A stretch of 64,000 nucleotides of DNA from Prochlorococcus sp. HOT208_60m_813I02 (GCA_002025865.1 MWOR01000207.1:6106-70105), one strand, 5' to 3'; positions 9,828 to 20,936 are shown, numbered from the stretch's first letter. Notes: generated from the letters alone by a model not told the origin. Numbers and translations: made by a program.

Positions 9828-10433
9828 ATGGCTTTTAATAATTTAATATCTAAAAATGAATGGCAATACATCCTAAGCGCATCTCTTTTACTTATAGTTT
9901 TTATACTTACAGATTTAATTGGAGTTATTGATAAAGAATATTTTTACTTTGTACCAAGATTAATTAGTGATCAACCTCATAGGATTTTTACATCAATCCT
10001 AATCCATGCAGATTTAAATCATTTATTAAGTAATCTTGGTGGAATAATTATCACTAGATATTTTTTGATGAGACTTGGAATAGAAAGTAGATTTTTTTAT
10101 CTGAAATTTATTTTAATTTGTTCATTTTTGAATTTTTTTATTATCTGGTTTTACGAAAAGATTTTATCGTACTTTCTTAATTTTTATCCCAACTATGCCG
10201 CTTTAGGATTTAGTGGAATAATTTATGCTTTATTTGGATTTTTACTCTTAGCATCTTTTTATGGAAAGAGTCACTTTTTAGGCAAAAAAATTGGTTTAAA
10301 ATCAAATTATGAAGTGCAAAAAATGTCAAAGACAATATGCCTTATAGGATTGATTTTCTCTTTTTTACCTGGAGTTAGTTTATTGGGCCATATAAGTGGA
10401 TTTATTGCTGGATGTTTTTTATTCTTGATCTGA
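9828..10433 (+). CDS. Rhomboid-family intramembrane serine protease
   Basis: H.DLNHLLSN, catalytic GFSG and GHISG; multiple TM helices. Confidence 0.88.
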   Translation: MAFNNLISKNEWQYILSASLLLIVFILTDLIGVIDKEYFYFVPRLISDQPHRIFTSILIHADLNHLLSNLGGIIITRYFLMRLGIESRFFYLKFILICSFLNFFIIWFYEKILSYFLNFYPNYAALGFSGIIYALFGFLLLASFYGKSHFLGKKIGLKSNYEVQKMSKTICLIGLIFSFLPGVSLLGHISGFIAGCFLFLI

Positions 10434-10692
10434 ATAAGATAATTCTTTATTGATCAAATTAATATCGTTAATTTGCTGTGCACCAAATTTTTTCTTTTAC
10501 TCTTTATTTTTAAATAAATCAATTTTGATATCAAAAGTAACCACTATTCCAATACTTATAAGCAATAATCCAATCGCAATTTGGGGAGAGGTAATACCAT
10601 AAAAATTTATTTTCAACTACCCTATCGAATCCATATCATTATCGATGAAAGATTGAGTAATATTAAATATTAATAAAGCAACATATTTAAAA

Positions 10693-10887
10693 ATGGCAAA
10701 AGTAGAAAATGATCTTGATATTTATTACAGAGTAGGAAATACAAATACTAAAAGACAAGAAAATGAAATTACATCAATTATGAAAAAACGTAATTCTGCA
10801 GGATGGAAGTTGATCTCGACAAGCACTGCAATAGTTGATACTAAAAACCAGTTTTCAAATCTTTATCTATTTTGGGAAAAGAAATAG
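10693..10887 (+). CDS. Small hypothetical protein (DUF4177-like ..GWKLIS..LYLFW pattern)
   Basis: 64-aa ATG ORF. Confidence 0.6.
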   Translation: MAKVENDLDIYYRVGNTNTKRQENEITSIMKKRNSAGWKLISTSTAIVDTKNQFSNLYLFWEKK

Positions 10888-11025
10888 TAAAAAATAATGT
10901 AGATAATTTATATCTTTCTCCAGTAAGTTATGTAAATTAGAAACTCTTCAAAAGTTAGAATCTTATAATTAAATACCCCTTTCTCCTTATTAGGTTATTT
11001 TTTAAATTTATGTCCAGAGATGGAA

Positions 11026-11045
11026 AACTGGCACATGTGACAGTT
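11026..11045. promoter_or_regulatory. Palindromic operator upstream of Yfr2 (probable GntR-type CGRE1 element)
   Basis: AACTGGCACATGTGACAGTT is a near-perfect 20-bp inverted repeat about 55 nt upstream of Yfr2; picocyanobacterial Yfr2 promoters are known to carry a GntR-bound element. Confidence 0.55.
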
Positions 11046-11101
11046 AAGTAACATTCCATTCGCCCCTTCCACGAAAAAGAATGTCATGAATTACTTTTTA
11101 T

Positions 11102-11195
11102 GTGTGTGGAGGAGTGGTTTACTAAAACTGTGGAAACAAGGAAACACTTGATTTAGTAAATCTATAATAGGCCCCGTTATAAGGGGTCATTTTTT
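11102..11195 (+). ncRNA. yfr2: Yfr2-family sRNA
   Basis: 5' GTGTGTGGAGGAGT, stem TTTACTAAA/TTTAGTAAA enclosing tandem GGAAACA-A-GGAAACA, then GCCCC/GGGGT terminator and T tract. Confidence 0.88.
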
Positions 11196-11267
11196 ATGCA
11201 AATTTATTACTTCTATTTATTTTTCTATGTTTTCCTTTATTTAATAATAGTTAATGTTTAGTGAAAT

Positions 11268-11522
11268 TTATTTTTCCCAAAAGGGGTCTGTAGTTAAAGA
11301 AACTTGTAACGTACATTTTTTGTTGTATTTAATATCGCTTATACAAGCTCTTACCGTATCACCATTTACATCTATTTCACAGGCTCCACAACTTCCTGTA
11401 AGACAGCCAGTAGGGATATCTAAACCTGCTTTTTCAGCAGAAGAAAACCAGTCATCACCTTCTGAAACAAATGTTTCTTTATTGTTTGGCCATATTACTT
11501 TTATATTTTTTGTTTCTTTCAA
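11268..11522 (-). CDS. 2Fe-2S ferredoxin-like protein
   Basis: IPTGCLTGSCGACEI...RAC. Confidence 0.88.
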   Translation of the reverse strand: MKETKNIKVIWPNNKETFVSEGDDWFSSAEKAGLDIPTGCLTGSCGACEIDVNGDTVRACISDIKYNKKCTLQVSLTTDPFWEK

Positions 11523-13048
11523 ATTAAAAATGATTTTAGATTTAAATGTTTGTGGAATTCATTCGCAAGATTATCAATAATGAATTGTCTCTTATCTTTA
11601 TAAGATATTGGTTTTTTATTTAATATTGGTAGATTTTTACTCTTCCGTATTAAATTAATATATTGCTCTCTCCAGCAGTCATTTTCAAAGATCCCATGAA
11701 TGTATGTTCCTGCAATAGTTCCGCCTTTATTATTTTCTTTGTACCAACCAAGATCTAAATCTTTAAAAATAGGATTAATTTTGATTGAACTTTGGATATC
11801 ATCTAATACAGTTTGACCATTATGAATTTCAAATCCATTAATTTCAGATTGGCACGGCCATATAGATTTAGAGTTGATTTGACGTGTTAATTTTTTTTTA
11901 AAGAAAGTCGTTTTTAATGGTAGTAATCCAATACCATTAATTTTTTGTTCAGAATGATTATTGGAACCCTCTTTAAAATAAGGATCTTCAAGTGTGGTTC
12001 CTAACATTTGTAAACCTCCACAAATTCCAATAATATTTCCTTTGTTATTAGAATAATCCCTTATATCCTGAGATAAGCCAGAATTTTCAAGAAATATTTG
12101 ATCTTTAATCGTTTGTTTACTGCCTGGCAGAATAATGAAGTCATACTTACTTAGGTTTTGTGATTTTCTAATCCATTCAATTAATATTGTTTCTTCATTT
12201 TCTAGTGGATCAAAATCTGAGAAGTTACTAATAGATGGTAATTTTAAAATTCCAACTCTCATTTCAGGATTTTTAGAAAGTGATTTTTTTTCTAGTAAAT
12301 CTAAAGAATCCTCTGGAGGGAATGAATCATTTAACCATGGAATAATTCCAATAACAGGAATTTGAGTCTTATTCTCTATCCATTTTTTCCCATCTTCAAA
12401 TAATGAAAGGTCTCCTCTGAATCTATTTATAATAATCCCCTTAATAAGCCTCTTTTCTTCAGGGTTCATTAATTCAAGAGTGCCAATTATTTGTGCAAAT
12501 ACGCCTCCCCTTTCAATATCAGTAACCAAAATGCAATTTGCATTTAAATATTTAGCAACTCTTAAATTAGTCAGATCTCTATGAATCAAATTCATCTCTA
12601 CCGGACTTCCAGCTCCTTCGATAATTAAACGGCAATTCGGATTCTTTTCATAAATAGACTTTAAACTTTTTTTAATTACTTCCCAGCCTGGAATAAACCA
12701 ATCTTTATAGTAATTTTGTGCCGTTGTGGTCCCTATGCTTTTGCCAAGGTGAATCACTTCGCTTATTGAGTTTCCTTGTGGTTTTAATAAAATGGGATTC
12801 ATCTCTGCAGAGGGATTTATATCACAAGCAAAAGCTTGAAGTGCTTGTGAATATGCCATCTCTCCACCTTCCCAATCAACCCAAGCATTGTTACTCATAT
12901 TTTGTCCTTTAAAAGGTATTGGTTCTTCTCCTAAATTTTTAAGAATCCTGCAAATAGCTGTAACCGTTAATGATTTACCTGCTCCACTGGAAGTGCCTAG
13001 GACCATTATTGGTTTCCTTATTTCATGTAATTTTGCTTCTAACTCCAT
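11519..13048 (-). CDS. cobQ: Cobyric acid synthase
   Basis: GTSSGAGKS, FKGQNMSNN, IEGAGSPVE, GICGGLQMLG, GTYIHG. Confidence 0.96.
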   Translation of the reverse strand: MELEAKLHEIRKPIMVLGTSSGAGKSLTVTAICRILKNLGEEPIPFKGQNMSNNAWVDWEGGEMAYSQALQAFACDINPSAEMNPILLKPQGNSISEVIHLGKSIGTTTAQNYYKDWFIPGWEVIKKSLKSIYEKNPNCRLIIEGAGSPVEMNLIHRDLTNLRVAKYLNANCILVTDIERGGVFAQIIGTLELMNPEEKRLIKGIIINRFRGDLSLFEDGKKWIENKTQIPVIGIIPWLNDSFPPEDSLDLLEKKSLSKNPEMRVGILKLPSISNFSDFDPLENEETILIEWIRKSQNLSKYDFIILPGSKQTIKDQIFLENSGLSQDIRDYSNNKGNIIGICGGLQMLGTTLEDPYFKEGSNNHSEQKINGIGLLPLKTTFFKKKLTRQINSKSIWPCQSEINGFEIHNGQTVLDDIQSSIKINPIFKDLDLGWYKENNKGGTIAGTYIHGIFENDCWREQYINLIRKSKNLPILNKKPISYKDKRQFIIDNLANEFHKHLNLKSFLI

Positions 13049-13114
13049 TAGTAATTTATATTAATTTTAAAATTTATTAATTATTAAATTGAATTATAAT
13101 TTGGTAAAAAATTT

Positions 13115-13729
13115 GTGTTAATTCTAGCCTCTGCTTCTCAATCTAGAAAGAAATTACTAGAAAATTGTCAAATCAAATTTATCCAAATATCAAGTGACTT
13201 TGATGAAAATACTATTCAAGAAAATAATATATTAAATTTAGCTTTGGAATTATCTTTTCAAAAGGCTAATAGTTTATCTGAAAATATTCAAAACATATCA
13301 TTGCCCGAAGAATTTAATTATGGACCTTTGGAAATACTTGGGTGTGATTCAATTTTTGAATTTAAAGGAGAAGCTTATGGAAAACCATCAAATAAAGAGG
13401 AGGCATTTATTAGATGGAAAAAAATGTCTGGAGAATTTGGATTTTTACATACTGGTCATACTCTAATAATTGGAAATTTTGATTCAACTTCCAAAATTTT
13501 TAAAATCACTGAATTAATAAAAAAAACAGTAAGTTCAAGAGTTTATTTTTCTAATTTGGAAGAGTGGGAAATCAAGAGTTATGTAGATACAAATGAACCT
13601 TTATATTGCGCCGGAGGATTTGCATTGGAAGGTATAGGCGGTAAGTATATAGAAAAAATAGAAGGTTGTTTCAGTAATGTAATGGGATTAAGTTTGCCAT
13701 GGCTAAGAGAAAACTTATTATATAGATAA
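13115..13729 (+). CDS. maf: Maf-family nucleoside triphosphate pyrophosphatase
   Basis: [26 protein letters not shown]. Confidence 0.93.
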   Translation: MLILASASQSRKKLLENCQIKFIQISSDFDENTIQENNILNLALELSFQKANSLSENIQNISLPEEFNYGPLEILGCDSIFEFKGEAYGKPSNKEEAFIRWKKMSGEFGFLHTGHTLIIGNFDSTSKIFKITELIKKTVSSRVYFSNLEEWEIKSYVDTNEPLYCAGGFALEGIGGKYIEKIEGCFSNVMGLSLPWLRENLLYR

Positions 13730-13740
13730 TAAAATTGAGC

Positions 13741-13776
13741 AAAAAAAAACCCTATCTAAAGATAGGGGTTTTTTTG
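13741..13776. terminator. Bidirectional terminator between maf and psbC
   Basis: A tract-CCCTATC-loop-GATAGGG-T tract. Confidence 0.8.
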
Positions 13777-13788
13777 ATGAGATAGAAA

Positions 13789-15171
13789 TTAATCTAAATC
13801 AGGCATTTCTAGAGCTGGTTCACTCTTTCTGTCGATTCCTTTTTCGAAACCAGCAGCGGCTGCTCTAGCACGTCCAGCATGCCAAAGATGACCGATGAAT
13901 GTAAACCATCCTAGGAAGAATTGAGCTGCAGCTAACCATTGTCTTAAGTTAACAAAGTTAACAGCATTAGGCTCTGTAATGATTCCACCAACAGAGTTGA
14001 TAGAAGCGTTAGGAGCATGAGTCATATATTCAGCAGCTCTTCTTACCTGCCAAGGCTGAATATCATTTTGGATTTTCTCAAGGCTCAATCCATTAGGTCC
14101 TCTTAAAGGCTCTAGCCATGGGCCTCTGAAATCCCAAAATCTCATTGTTTCACCACCAAATATAATTTCACCAGTAGGAGATCTCATGAGATACTTTCCT
14201 AGACCTGTTGGTCCCATTGTTGAACCTACGTTAGCTCCAATTCTTTGATCTCTCACTAGGAAAGTAAAGCTTTGAGCCTGTGAAGCTTCAGCATTTGTTG
14301 GGCCATAAAACTCTGAAGGATAAGCAGTATTGTTAAACCAGATGAATGTTGAAGCAATAAAACTTGCTACACAAATTCCACCAAGAGCGTAACTTAGTAG
14401 TCCTTCACCGTTCCAGATGAATGCTCTTCTTGCCCATCCAAATGGTTTAGTAAAGATATGGAAAAGACCACCGATTATTGCGGTTATTCCAACATATACA
14501 TGACCACCAACTATATCTTCAATAGAGTTAACTCCGATTATTGAACCAGCGCCACCCCAAGGAGACCTAAATAGATAACCAAGTATTACTCTTGGATCTA
14601 AGGTAGGGCTGACTAACCTAACTTCTCCACCACCAGGTGCCCATGTGTCATAAGCCCCTCCAATGAACATCCAATCAAAAACGAAAAATAATGCACCAAC
14701 GCCTAAAACAATAAGGTGATAACCCAAAATGTTAGTCATTTGATTCTTATCTCTCCAATCTGTTGAAAAGAAAGGAAAATCTTGCTCAAGTTTTTCAGGA
14801 CCTGCTAAGGAATGGTAAATACCACCAAATCCTAAAACTGCAGAGGAAATTAAATGCATCACACCAGCCACAAAGAATGGATATACATCAGTAACTTCTC
14901 CACCAGGGCCTATTCCAAATCCAAACATTGCTACGTGAGGCATACAAATTAAGCCTTGTTCCCACATTGGTTTATCAAATGTGAAATGACTTACTTCGAA
15001 TAACATCATTGCACCGGCCCAAAAAACGATGAGACCAGTGTGTGCAATATGAGCTCCAAGTAAACGGCCAGATAAATTAATTAATCTGGCGTTACCCACG
15101 TACCAAGCGTAACCAGTTTCTTCAATACTCTGGTTAGGAGCTCTAAGTAAACTATTAAAGGGCGTTTCCAC
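13789..15171 (-). CDS. psbC: Photosystem II CP43 protein
   Basis: GTG start (METPFN) overlapping the psbD end; [43 protein letters not shown]. Confidence 0.98.
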   Translation of the reverse strand: METPFNSLLRAPNQSIEETGYAWYVGNARLINLSGRLLGAHIAHTGLIVFWAGAMMLFEVSHFTFDKPMWEQGLICMPHVAMFGFGIGPGGEVTDVYPFFVAGVMHLISSAVLGFGGIYHSLAGPEKLEQDFPFFSTDWRDKNQMTNILGYHLIVLGVGALFFVFDWMFIGGAYDTWAPGGGEVRLVSPTLDPRVILGYLFRSPWGGAGSIIGVNSIEDIVGGHVYVGITAIIGGLFHIFTKPFGWARRAFIWNGEGLLSYALGGICVASFIASTFIWFNNTAYPSEFYGPTNAEASQAQSFTFLVRDQRIGANVGSTMGPTGLGKYLMRSPTGEIIFGGETMRFWDFRGPWLEPLRGPNGLSLEKIQNDIQPWQVRRAAEYMTHAPNASINSVGGIITEPNAVNFVNLRQWLAAAQFFLGWFTFIGHLWHAGRARAAAAGFEKGIDRKSEPALEMPDLD

Positions 15172-16231
15172 GTGGTAGAACCTCCTCAGGGAATACAAAG
15201 TTTTCGTGTGGTTGGTCCACAGAAGACATCCATGCTCGCATACCTTCGTTCAAAAGTATATTTTTTGTATAGAAAGTTTCAAATTCTGGATCTTCAGCTG
15301 CACGAATTTCTTGACTTACGAAATCATAAGCTCTTAAGTTTAGTGCTAAGCCAACAATACCGATTGAAGATGTCCACATGCCCATAACAGGAACAAATAG
15401 CATCAAGAAATGTAAGAAACGCTTGTTTGAGAAAGCAATACCGAAGATTTGACTCCAGAATCTATTCGCTGTAATCATTGAATAGGTTTCTTCTTCTTGA
15501 GTTGGATCAAAAGCTCTAAATGTTGAACTTTGAACCTTACCATCTGTATAAATACTTGTATCTTCATATAAAGTATTTTGAACTGTAGCTCCATGAATAG
15601 CGCAAAGAAGAGCACCACCAAGAATTCCAGCAACTCCCATCATGTGGAATGGATTTAAAGTGATATTGTGAAAACCTTGGATGAACAGAATGTAACGGAA
15701 GATTGCTGCAACACCGAATGAAGGTGCGAAGAACCAACTATGCTGTCCTAAAGGATAAATAAGGAAAATACTTGTGAATACTGCAATTACTGCTGAGAAA
15801 GCTAGAGCGTTGTATGGTCTAATTCCAACAAGGCCAGCAATTTCAAACTGACGAAGCATAAAACCAATAAGGCCAAATACTCCATGTAATGCAACGAAGT
15901 TCCAAAGACCACCAAGTTGTAGCCATCTTACGAAACTACCTTGGGCTTCAGGACCCCATAAAAATAGAAGACTGTGTCCCATGGCATCACCAGGGGTGCT
16001 TACAGCTGCTGTTAAGAAGTTACAACCTTCAAGGTATGAACTTGCAACTCCGTGTGTGTACCATGAGGTAACAAATGTTGTTCCGACAAACCAACCACCA
16101 ATAGCAAGATATGCACAAGGAAGTAAGAGTAGTCCGGACCAACCAATAAATACAAAGCGGTCGCGCTTCAACCAATCATCGAGGATATCAAACCATCCTC
16201 TTTGTGGGGCGCTACCAACTGCGATCGTCAT
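15155..16231 (-). CDS. psbD: Photosystem II D2 protein
   Basis: MTIAVG start at 16231, [28 protein letters not shown]. Confidence 0.98.
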   Translation of the reverse strand: MTIAVGSAPQRGWFDILDDWLKRDRFVFIGWSGLLLLPCAYLAIGGWFVGTTFVTSWYTHGVASSYLEGCNFLTAAVSTPGDAMGHSLLFLWGPEAQGSFVRWLQLGGLWNFVALHGVFGLIGFMLRQFEIAGLVGIRPYNALAFSAVIAVFTSIFLIYPLGQHSWFFAPSFGVAAIFRYILFIQGFHNITLNPFHMMGVAGILGGALLCAIHGATVQNTLYEDTSIYTDGKVQSSTFRAFDPTQEEETYSMITANRFWSQIFGIAFSNKRFLHFLMLFVPVMGMWTSSIGIVGLALNLRAYDFVSQEIRAAEDPEFETFYTKNILLNEGMRAWMSSVDQPHENFVFPEEVLPRGNAL

Positions 16232-16412
16232 GAGAAATCGTTTTAGCTTCGGGATACGCAGTGACTGTAACAAAGATTGAGAGTAATGTGGGGAAATATT
16301 TGTATATCTGAAATGCCTTGTAAAGCTTTCCTGACTTTTTTATTAAAAATTAGGTAAGAATACTCCCTTAGTTTGTTAAATTATCTGAATTAGGCTCTAA
16401 AAAAAGATAAAA

Positions 16413-16970
16413 ATGAATTCAGACCTCAAGTCTTTCGATAAAATCGAACAAAAAATCGGTGGTTCAAGAAAAATTTCAAATTATATTATTGGAGGAATGC
16501 TAACGATAGGGGGTATTGGTTTTCTTTTGGCCTCTATATCTAGCTACACAGGAAAGGATTTATTACCTTTAGGAAATCCTTCAACTTTATTGTTTATCCC
16601 TCAAGGAATAATAATGGGAGCATACGGAGTAATAGCTAATTTATTAAATTTTTACTTGTGGTATCTGGTTTACATAAACTTTGGTTCAGGAAGTAATTAT
16701 TTTGATAAATCTTCAAAGTCTATAGAAATAAAAAGAAAAGGATTATTTAAAGATATTCAAGTTAAATTGAATTTCGATGAAATTAAATCTGTTAAATTGG
16801 ATATAAGTGAGGGATTGAATCCTAGAAGAAGAATTGCACTAGTATTAAAGGGAAGAAAAAAACCTCTCCCTTTAAGCGGAGCAGGTGAACTAAAACCACT
16901 TCTTCAAGTTGAAGAAGAAGGAGCTCGTTTAGCTAAATTTTTAAATGTTAATTTGGAGGGCCTAAAATAA
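16413..16970 (+). CDS. ycf4: Photosystem I assembly protein Ycf4
   Basis: GSRKISNY, FIPQGIIMG, EGLNPRR, LAKFLNV; conserved position beside psbD. Confidence 0.95.
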   Translation: MNSDLKSFDKIEQKIGGSRKISNYIIGGMLTIGGIGFLLASISSYTGKDLLPLGNPSTLLFIPQGIIMGAYGVIANLLNFYLWYLVYINFGSGSNYFDKSSKSIEIKRKGLFKDIQVKLNFDEIKSVKLDISEGLNPRRRIALVLKGRKKPLPLSGAGELKPLLQVEEEGARLAKFLNVNLEGLK

Positions 16971-17011
16971 AAAAAAAATATTTTTTAAAAACATTTTCCT
17001 TTATACAAGTT

Positions 17012-17623
17012 TTGTTTTTGGTTCAAGCTTGTAGTTATAAAAATAAGATTGATTCAATTTATTACTGCCAAAAACTTAAATTTAGTTGTATTCAGAATAA
17101 CAAAGTAGTTAGTTTTAAAACTACAAAAGGTGATTTTGAGGTTAAATTATTTGGTAAAGACAATCCAGTAACAGTATCAAACTTTCTGGAAAACATAGAA
17201 GATAATATTTATGTAAATCAAAAATTTTATAAAATAATAAATTATCCCCAAATAAGGATAATACATGCTGGTGCTAATCCAGAAAATGAATTTTATATTG
17301 AACGAAAACAAAACCTGAAAAAGACAAGTCCATCAATACCTTTGGAAATAAAATTCAAAGAAGAATTAAAACCAAGATATGGCTATCAAGTAAAAAATCC
17401 TAATGAAACTGAAAATTTAGTTAATATTTTTGAGACTGGATCAATCGCTATGGTTAAGAGCGGGAAGAATAAGTCTTCATCTACTGAATTTTTTTTTGTA
17501 ACTAGTAAGATACCAGAACTAGATGGAAGATATTCGATTTTTGGAAAGATTATTAGAGGATTAGATGTACTCGAAAAAATTAATAAAGAAGACTACATCA
17601 AGGCAGTACAGATATCTAATTAA
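17012..17623 (+). CDS. Cyclophilin-type peptidyl-prolyl isomerase (lipoprotein-like)
   Basis: [10 protein letters not shown]...[28 protein letters not shown]; start uncertain because the frame stays open upstream past 16967. Confidence 0.85.
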   Translation: MFLVQACSYKNKIDSIYYCQKLKFSCIQNNKVVSFKTTKGDFEVKLFGKDNPVTVSNFLENIEDNIYVNQKFYKIINYPQIRIIHAGANPENEFYIERKQNLKKTSPSIPLEIKFKEELKPRYGYQVKNPNETENLVNIFETGSIAMVKSGKNKSSSTEFFFVTSKIPELDGRYSIFGKIIRGLDVLEKINKEDYIKAVQISN

Positions 17624-18144
17624 ATTTCTAGAGAATATTTGTTTATTTTCAACATTTCTGTATTGACTCCTGAAGAGCGTTTAAGAGCTACCTTACCAGT
17701 CCTCGCTATTTCAAGGATGCCGTATGGCTCGAGTAATTTCTCTAGAGCAACTAACTTCCCAGGATCTCCAACTACCTCGAGAGTTAGGGCCATATCTGAT
17801 ACATCAACAACTTTTGCACGGAAAATCTGAACTATATCAAGGATATTACTCCTAGTATCTTCTTTCGATGAAACTTTTAGTAACATCAATTCCCTCTCAA
17901 CTGCTGCGAGATTAGTAAAATCTACAACTCCTAGAACATTAAATAACTTATTCAGTTGCTTAGTCATTTGTTGAAGAGTTTCATCATCACCCTCTACTAC
18001 CATTGTTAACCTTGAAATCCCTTTAGATTCTGCAGGTCCTACTGCAAGGCTATCTATGTTGAATCCCCTTCTAGCAAAGAGACCTGAGATTCTACTCAAG
18101 GCTCCAGATTCATCTTCTACAAGAACTGATAATGTATGTTTCAT
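17620..18144 (-). CDS. ilvN: Acetolactate synthase small (regulatory) subunit
   Basis: [37 protein letters not shown]. Confidence 0.95.
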   Translation of the reverse strand: MKHTLSVLVEDESGALSRISGLFARRGFNIDSLAVGPAESKGISRLTMVVEGDDETLQQMTKQLNKLFNVLGVVDFTNLAAVERELMLLKVSSKEDTRSNILDIVQIFRAKVVDVSDMALTLEVVGDPGKLVALEKLLEPYGILEIARTGKVALKRSSGVNTEMLKINKYSLEI

Positions 18145-18147
18145 GTT

Positions 18148-19089
18148 TTAAAAGGTTTTTAAATCTCTAATCCATTCATGAGAAATTCTATTGAATACTG
18201 AAGGGTCTTCATCATGGATACAATGCCCTGAATTGGATACTATTTTTAATTTTACCCATCTATGGAAATTTGCAATCTTTTTACCAACAAACAAAGGTAT
18301 GAAATTATCTTTTTCTCCCCAAATCAATAAAAAAGGAACTTTTTTTGAGGCGCTCAGTTTTCTCAAAAGATAACAAGCTTTAAATTTTTCATCTCTTGAA
18401 GACATTCCAATACACATTGCTCTTAATGATCTAGCTGAAGTTCTCCTTAGAACTGGTTTTGTTACCAAATCTATTAATTCGCGATCAATATTATCTTTTT
18501 TGAAATACGCAGAATTTAGACCCAGTTTTATAACTCCTAATTTGGTTATTAAAAATAAAATAATTTCTAAAGGGAAAAAAATAAAAAATATTTTTATAAA
18601 CCTATCTTTAAATTTTCTAAAAAATGATTTTTTTGTTATCGATTTTTTATTTTCTTGAATTTGATCTGGCAGAGGCGATGCAATCACTGTTGCAATTTGG
18701 TCCTCTAAGGAAACAGCACATGTTAAAGCAACTAGTGAACCTAAGGAATTGCCAATAAGAATGACTTTTCCCGAATTCTTTGGTCTTATCACCTGTGAAA
18801 TAAAGTCTCTCACTTGATTACACCAAATCTCATTATTTAATATTCCAATTTGTCTTATCCCCGGTTGATCTGAATCTCCAAAACCTATTAGATCTAAAGA
18901 ATAAGAGGCACAATTCCTTTTCGCAAAATAATCTAAATTTTTTCTCCAATGCTTTCGATTAGCGCCAAATCCGTGGAGAAAAATAATTGGAATTTCATTA
19001 TCTTCTCCCGTAACACTCCAACAAATTTTAAAGCCATTCCAATTCCAGTAATTAGGAAAGTTTATCTTTTCTGCAAAATTATTATTCAT
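18148..19089 (-). CDS. Alpha/beta fold hydrolase
   Basis: HGFGA, GNSLG nucleophile elbow, WGEKD, GHCIHDE. Confidence 0.88.
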   Translation of the reverse strand: MNNNFAEKINFPNYWNWNGFKICWSVTGEDNEIPIIFLHGFGANRKHWRKNLDYFAKRNCASYSLDLIGFGDSDQPGIRQIGILNNEIWCNQVRDFISQVIRPKNSGKVILIGNSLGSLVALTCAVSLEDQIATVIASPLPDQIQENKKSITKKSFFRKFKDRFIKIFFIFFPLEIILFLITKLGVIKLGLNSAYFKKDNIDRELIDLVTKPVLRRTSARSLRAMCIGMSSRDEKFKACYLLRKLSASKKVPFLLIWGEKDNFIPLFVGKKIANFHRWVKLKIVSNSGHCIHDEDPSVFNRISHEWIRDLKTF

Positions 19090-19182
19090 TTATTTAAAAA
19101 TTTTCAAGATATTTGCATTATCTACTTTTTTAACAAATAAATGTATATTGAATGTAAATTATAGTAATCAATAAATTTTACT

Positions 19183-19281
19183 ATGGCAAAAGAAATTTTT
19201 AGTATTGCAGCAGTTTTTTGGATACTGATACCAATTGGATTGGTTGGTGGTGCTTTGTTATTAAAGTTTCAGGGAGATTGA
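19183..19281 (+). CDS. petM: Cytochrome b6f subunit PetM (32 aa), not in the ORF track
   Basis: [32 protein letters not shown]. Confidence 0.9.
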
Positions 19282-19338
19282 TTCTCACGATTACATTACA
19301 ATTTAAGTTATGGTCTACAAGTCAAGTAAATCTTAAAT

Positions 19339-20301
19339 ATGAAGATTCTTTTAGTAGGAGCAACAGGGACACTTGGTAGACAAATAGCAAAGCAAGCTAT
19401 AGAAGATGGACATGAAGTAAGATGCTTTGTCAGAAACCCAAGAAAAGCTTCCTTTCTACAAGAGTGGGGTTGTGAACTAACGAAAGGTAATTTATTAAAT
19501 TCTTCTGATATTGAATATGCATTGCAAGATATTGAAGTAGTTATTGATGCAGCGACTAGCAGGCCAGATGATCCTAAGAGTATTTATGAAATAGATTGGG
19601 ATGGAAAACTTAACTTATTTAATGCTTGTGAATCTTTAAATGTAAAAAGGGTAATATTCCTCTCAATTCTTTTAACAGAAAAGTTTAGAAATGTTCCTTT
19701 AATGGATGTTAAATTTTGCACTGAAAAACTTCTTGAGAAATCAGATTTAGACTATACAATTTTCAAATGTGCAGCTTTTATGCAAGGGGTTATTGGTCAA
19801 TTTGCTATACCAATCTTGGATAGCCAAGCAGTATGGATGAGTGGAACTCCAACAAAAATCGCATACATGAATACTCAAGACATGGCAAAAGTTATTGTCG
19901 CAGCAGTTAATAACCCAAAAACTCATAGAACATCATTACCATTGGTTGGTCCCAAAGCATGGGATTCAAACGAAGTTATATCCCTATGTGAAAAATTTAG
20001 CGAAAAGAAGGCTAAGATTTTTAGAGTTTCTCCTTTTCTGATCAGTGTCACTCAGAAAGTAGTTTCTTTTTTCCAAGATTCTCTAAATGTTGCTGAAAGA
20101 TTGGCTTTTGCTGAAGTAACGAGTAGCGGAGAATCATTAGATGCTGACATGAGCAAAACTTACGAAATATTGGAACTTAAAAAAGAAGATATGACATCAC
20201 TAGAGAGTTATATAAAGGAGTACTATCAACAAATTCTTAAGAGATTAAGGGAAATGGAAGCGGATCTAAATATTGAAGAAAAAAAGAGATTACCTTTTTA
20301 A
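19339..20301 (+). CDS. ycf39: NAD(P)H-binding atypical SDR, Ycf39 family
   Basis: GATGTLGRQ, FLQEWG, VPLMDVK, IAYMNTQD. Confidence 0.85.
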   Translation: MKILLVGATGTLGRQIAKQAIEDGHEVRCFVRNPRKASFLQEWGCELTKGNLLNSSDIEYALQDIEVVIDAATSRPDDPKSIYEIDWDGKLNLFNACESLNVKRVIFLSILLTEKFRNVPLMDVKFCTEKLLEKSDLDYTIFKCAAFMQGVIGQFAIPILDSQAVWMSGTPTKIAYMNTQDMAKVIVAAVNNPKTHRTSLPLVGPKAWDSNEVISLCEKFSEKKAKIFRVSPFLISVTQKVVSFFQDSLNVAERLAFAEVTSSGESLDADMSKTYEILELKKEDMTSLESYIKEYYQQILKRLREMEADLNIEEKKRLPF

Positions 20302-20322
20302 TATTGCAATTCTAGACTAATA

Positions 20323-20338
20323 TAGTATATTTGTACTA
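20323..20338. promoter_or_regulatory. Putative LexA box
   Basis: TAGTATA-TT-TGTACTA, one mismatch to the picocyanobacterial TAGTACA-N2-TGTACTA. Confidence 0.6.
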
Positions 20339-20355
20339 TATAAATATTTTTGATT

Positions 20356-20568
20356 ATGTCGGTTTCTAAATCTAAAAATCTTGAACGAAAACTAGATAAT
20401 TTTGCAAAAGAAGCAAAAAATGAACTGAATAATGTTTGCGGATCCCCATTATGGGAAAGCCTTGGGTTTGTTTTTTTTGATCAATTAGAAGATTCTGAAA
20501 AAATTGCGAAAGCAAATTTTTACTATGGTCAACTTCAAATAATTAATGAAATTAAATTTTCAATTTGA
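20356..20568 (+). CDS. Conserved hypothetical protein
   Basis: ATG at 20356 within the track ORF; KANFYYGQ motif. Confidence 0.7.
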   Translation: MSVSKSKNLERKLDNFAKEAKNELNNVCGSPLWESLGFVFFDQLEDSEKIAKANFYYGQLQIINEIKFSI

Positions 20569-20660
20569 ATTATATTTAGTATTTTTGCTGATGTAATTTT
20601 TCTTAAATCAATTTTGGCCAATCTTTTTCTGATAATATGAACTTAGTAAAAGATTAATTA

Positions 20661-20927
20661 ATGATTGAAACTTCAGGAGTAATAGAAAAAGAGCAGGGGA
20701 ATGGATTTTATTTGGTTACCTTAGAACAGCCTGAAGGTCATCAATGTTTATGTAGAGCTGCAGGAAAATTGACTAAATTTAGAATTAAATTATTAGCTGG
20801 AGATAAAGTTTTAGTTGAGATAAGTCCTTATGATCTTTCTAGAGGGAGGATAACTTATAGAGAAAGAAATGCAGGTGGTGCTAGACCTACTACTAATAAA
20901 AATAATCCTAAGAGAAATAATAAATAA
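20661..20927 (+). CDS. infA: Translation initiation factor IF-1
   Basis: AGKL.KFRIKLLAGDKV.VEISPYDL.RGRITYR. Confidence 0.96.
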   Translation: MIETSGVIEKEQGNGFYLVTLEQPEGHQCLCRAAGKLTKFRIKLLAGDKVLVEISPYDLSRGRITYRERNAGGARPTTNKNNPKRNNK

Positions 20928-20936
20928 AAAGTTGCT

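Noticed and set aside
15520-15570. Insertion in D2 ([17 protein letters not shown])
   Set aside because: A known lineage feature of Prochlorococcus/marine picocyanobacterial PsbD rather than a novelty.
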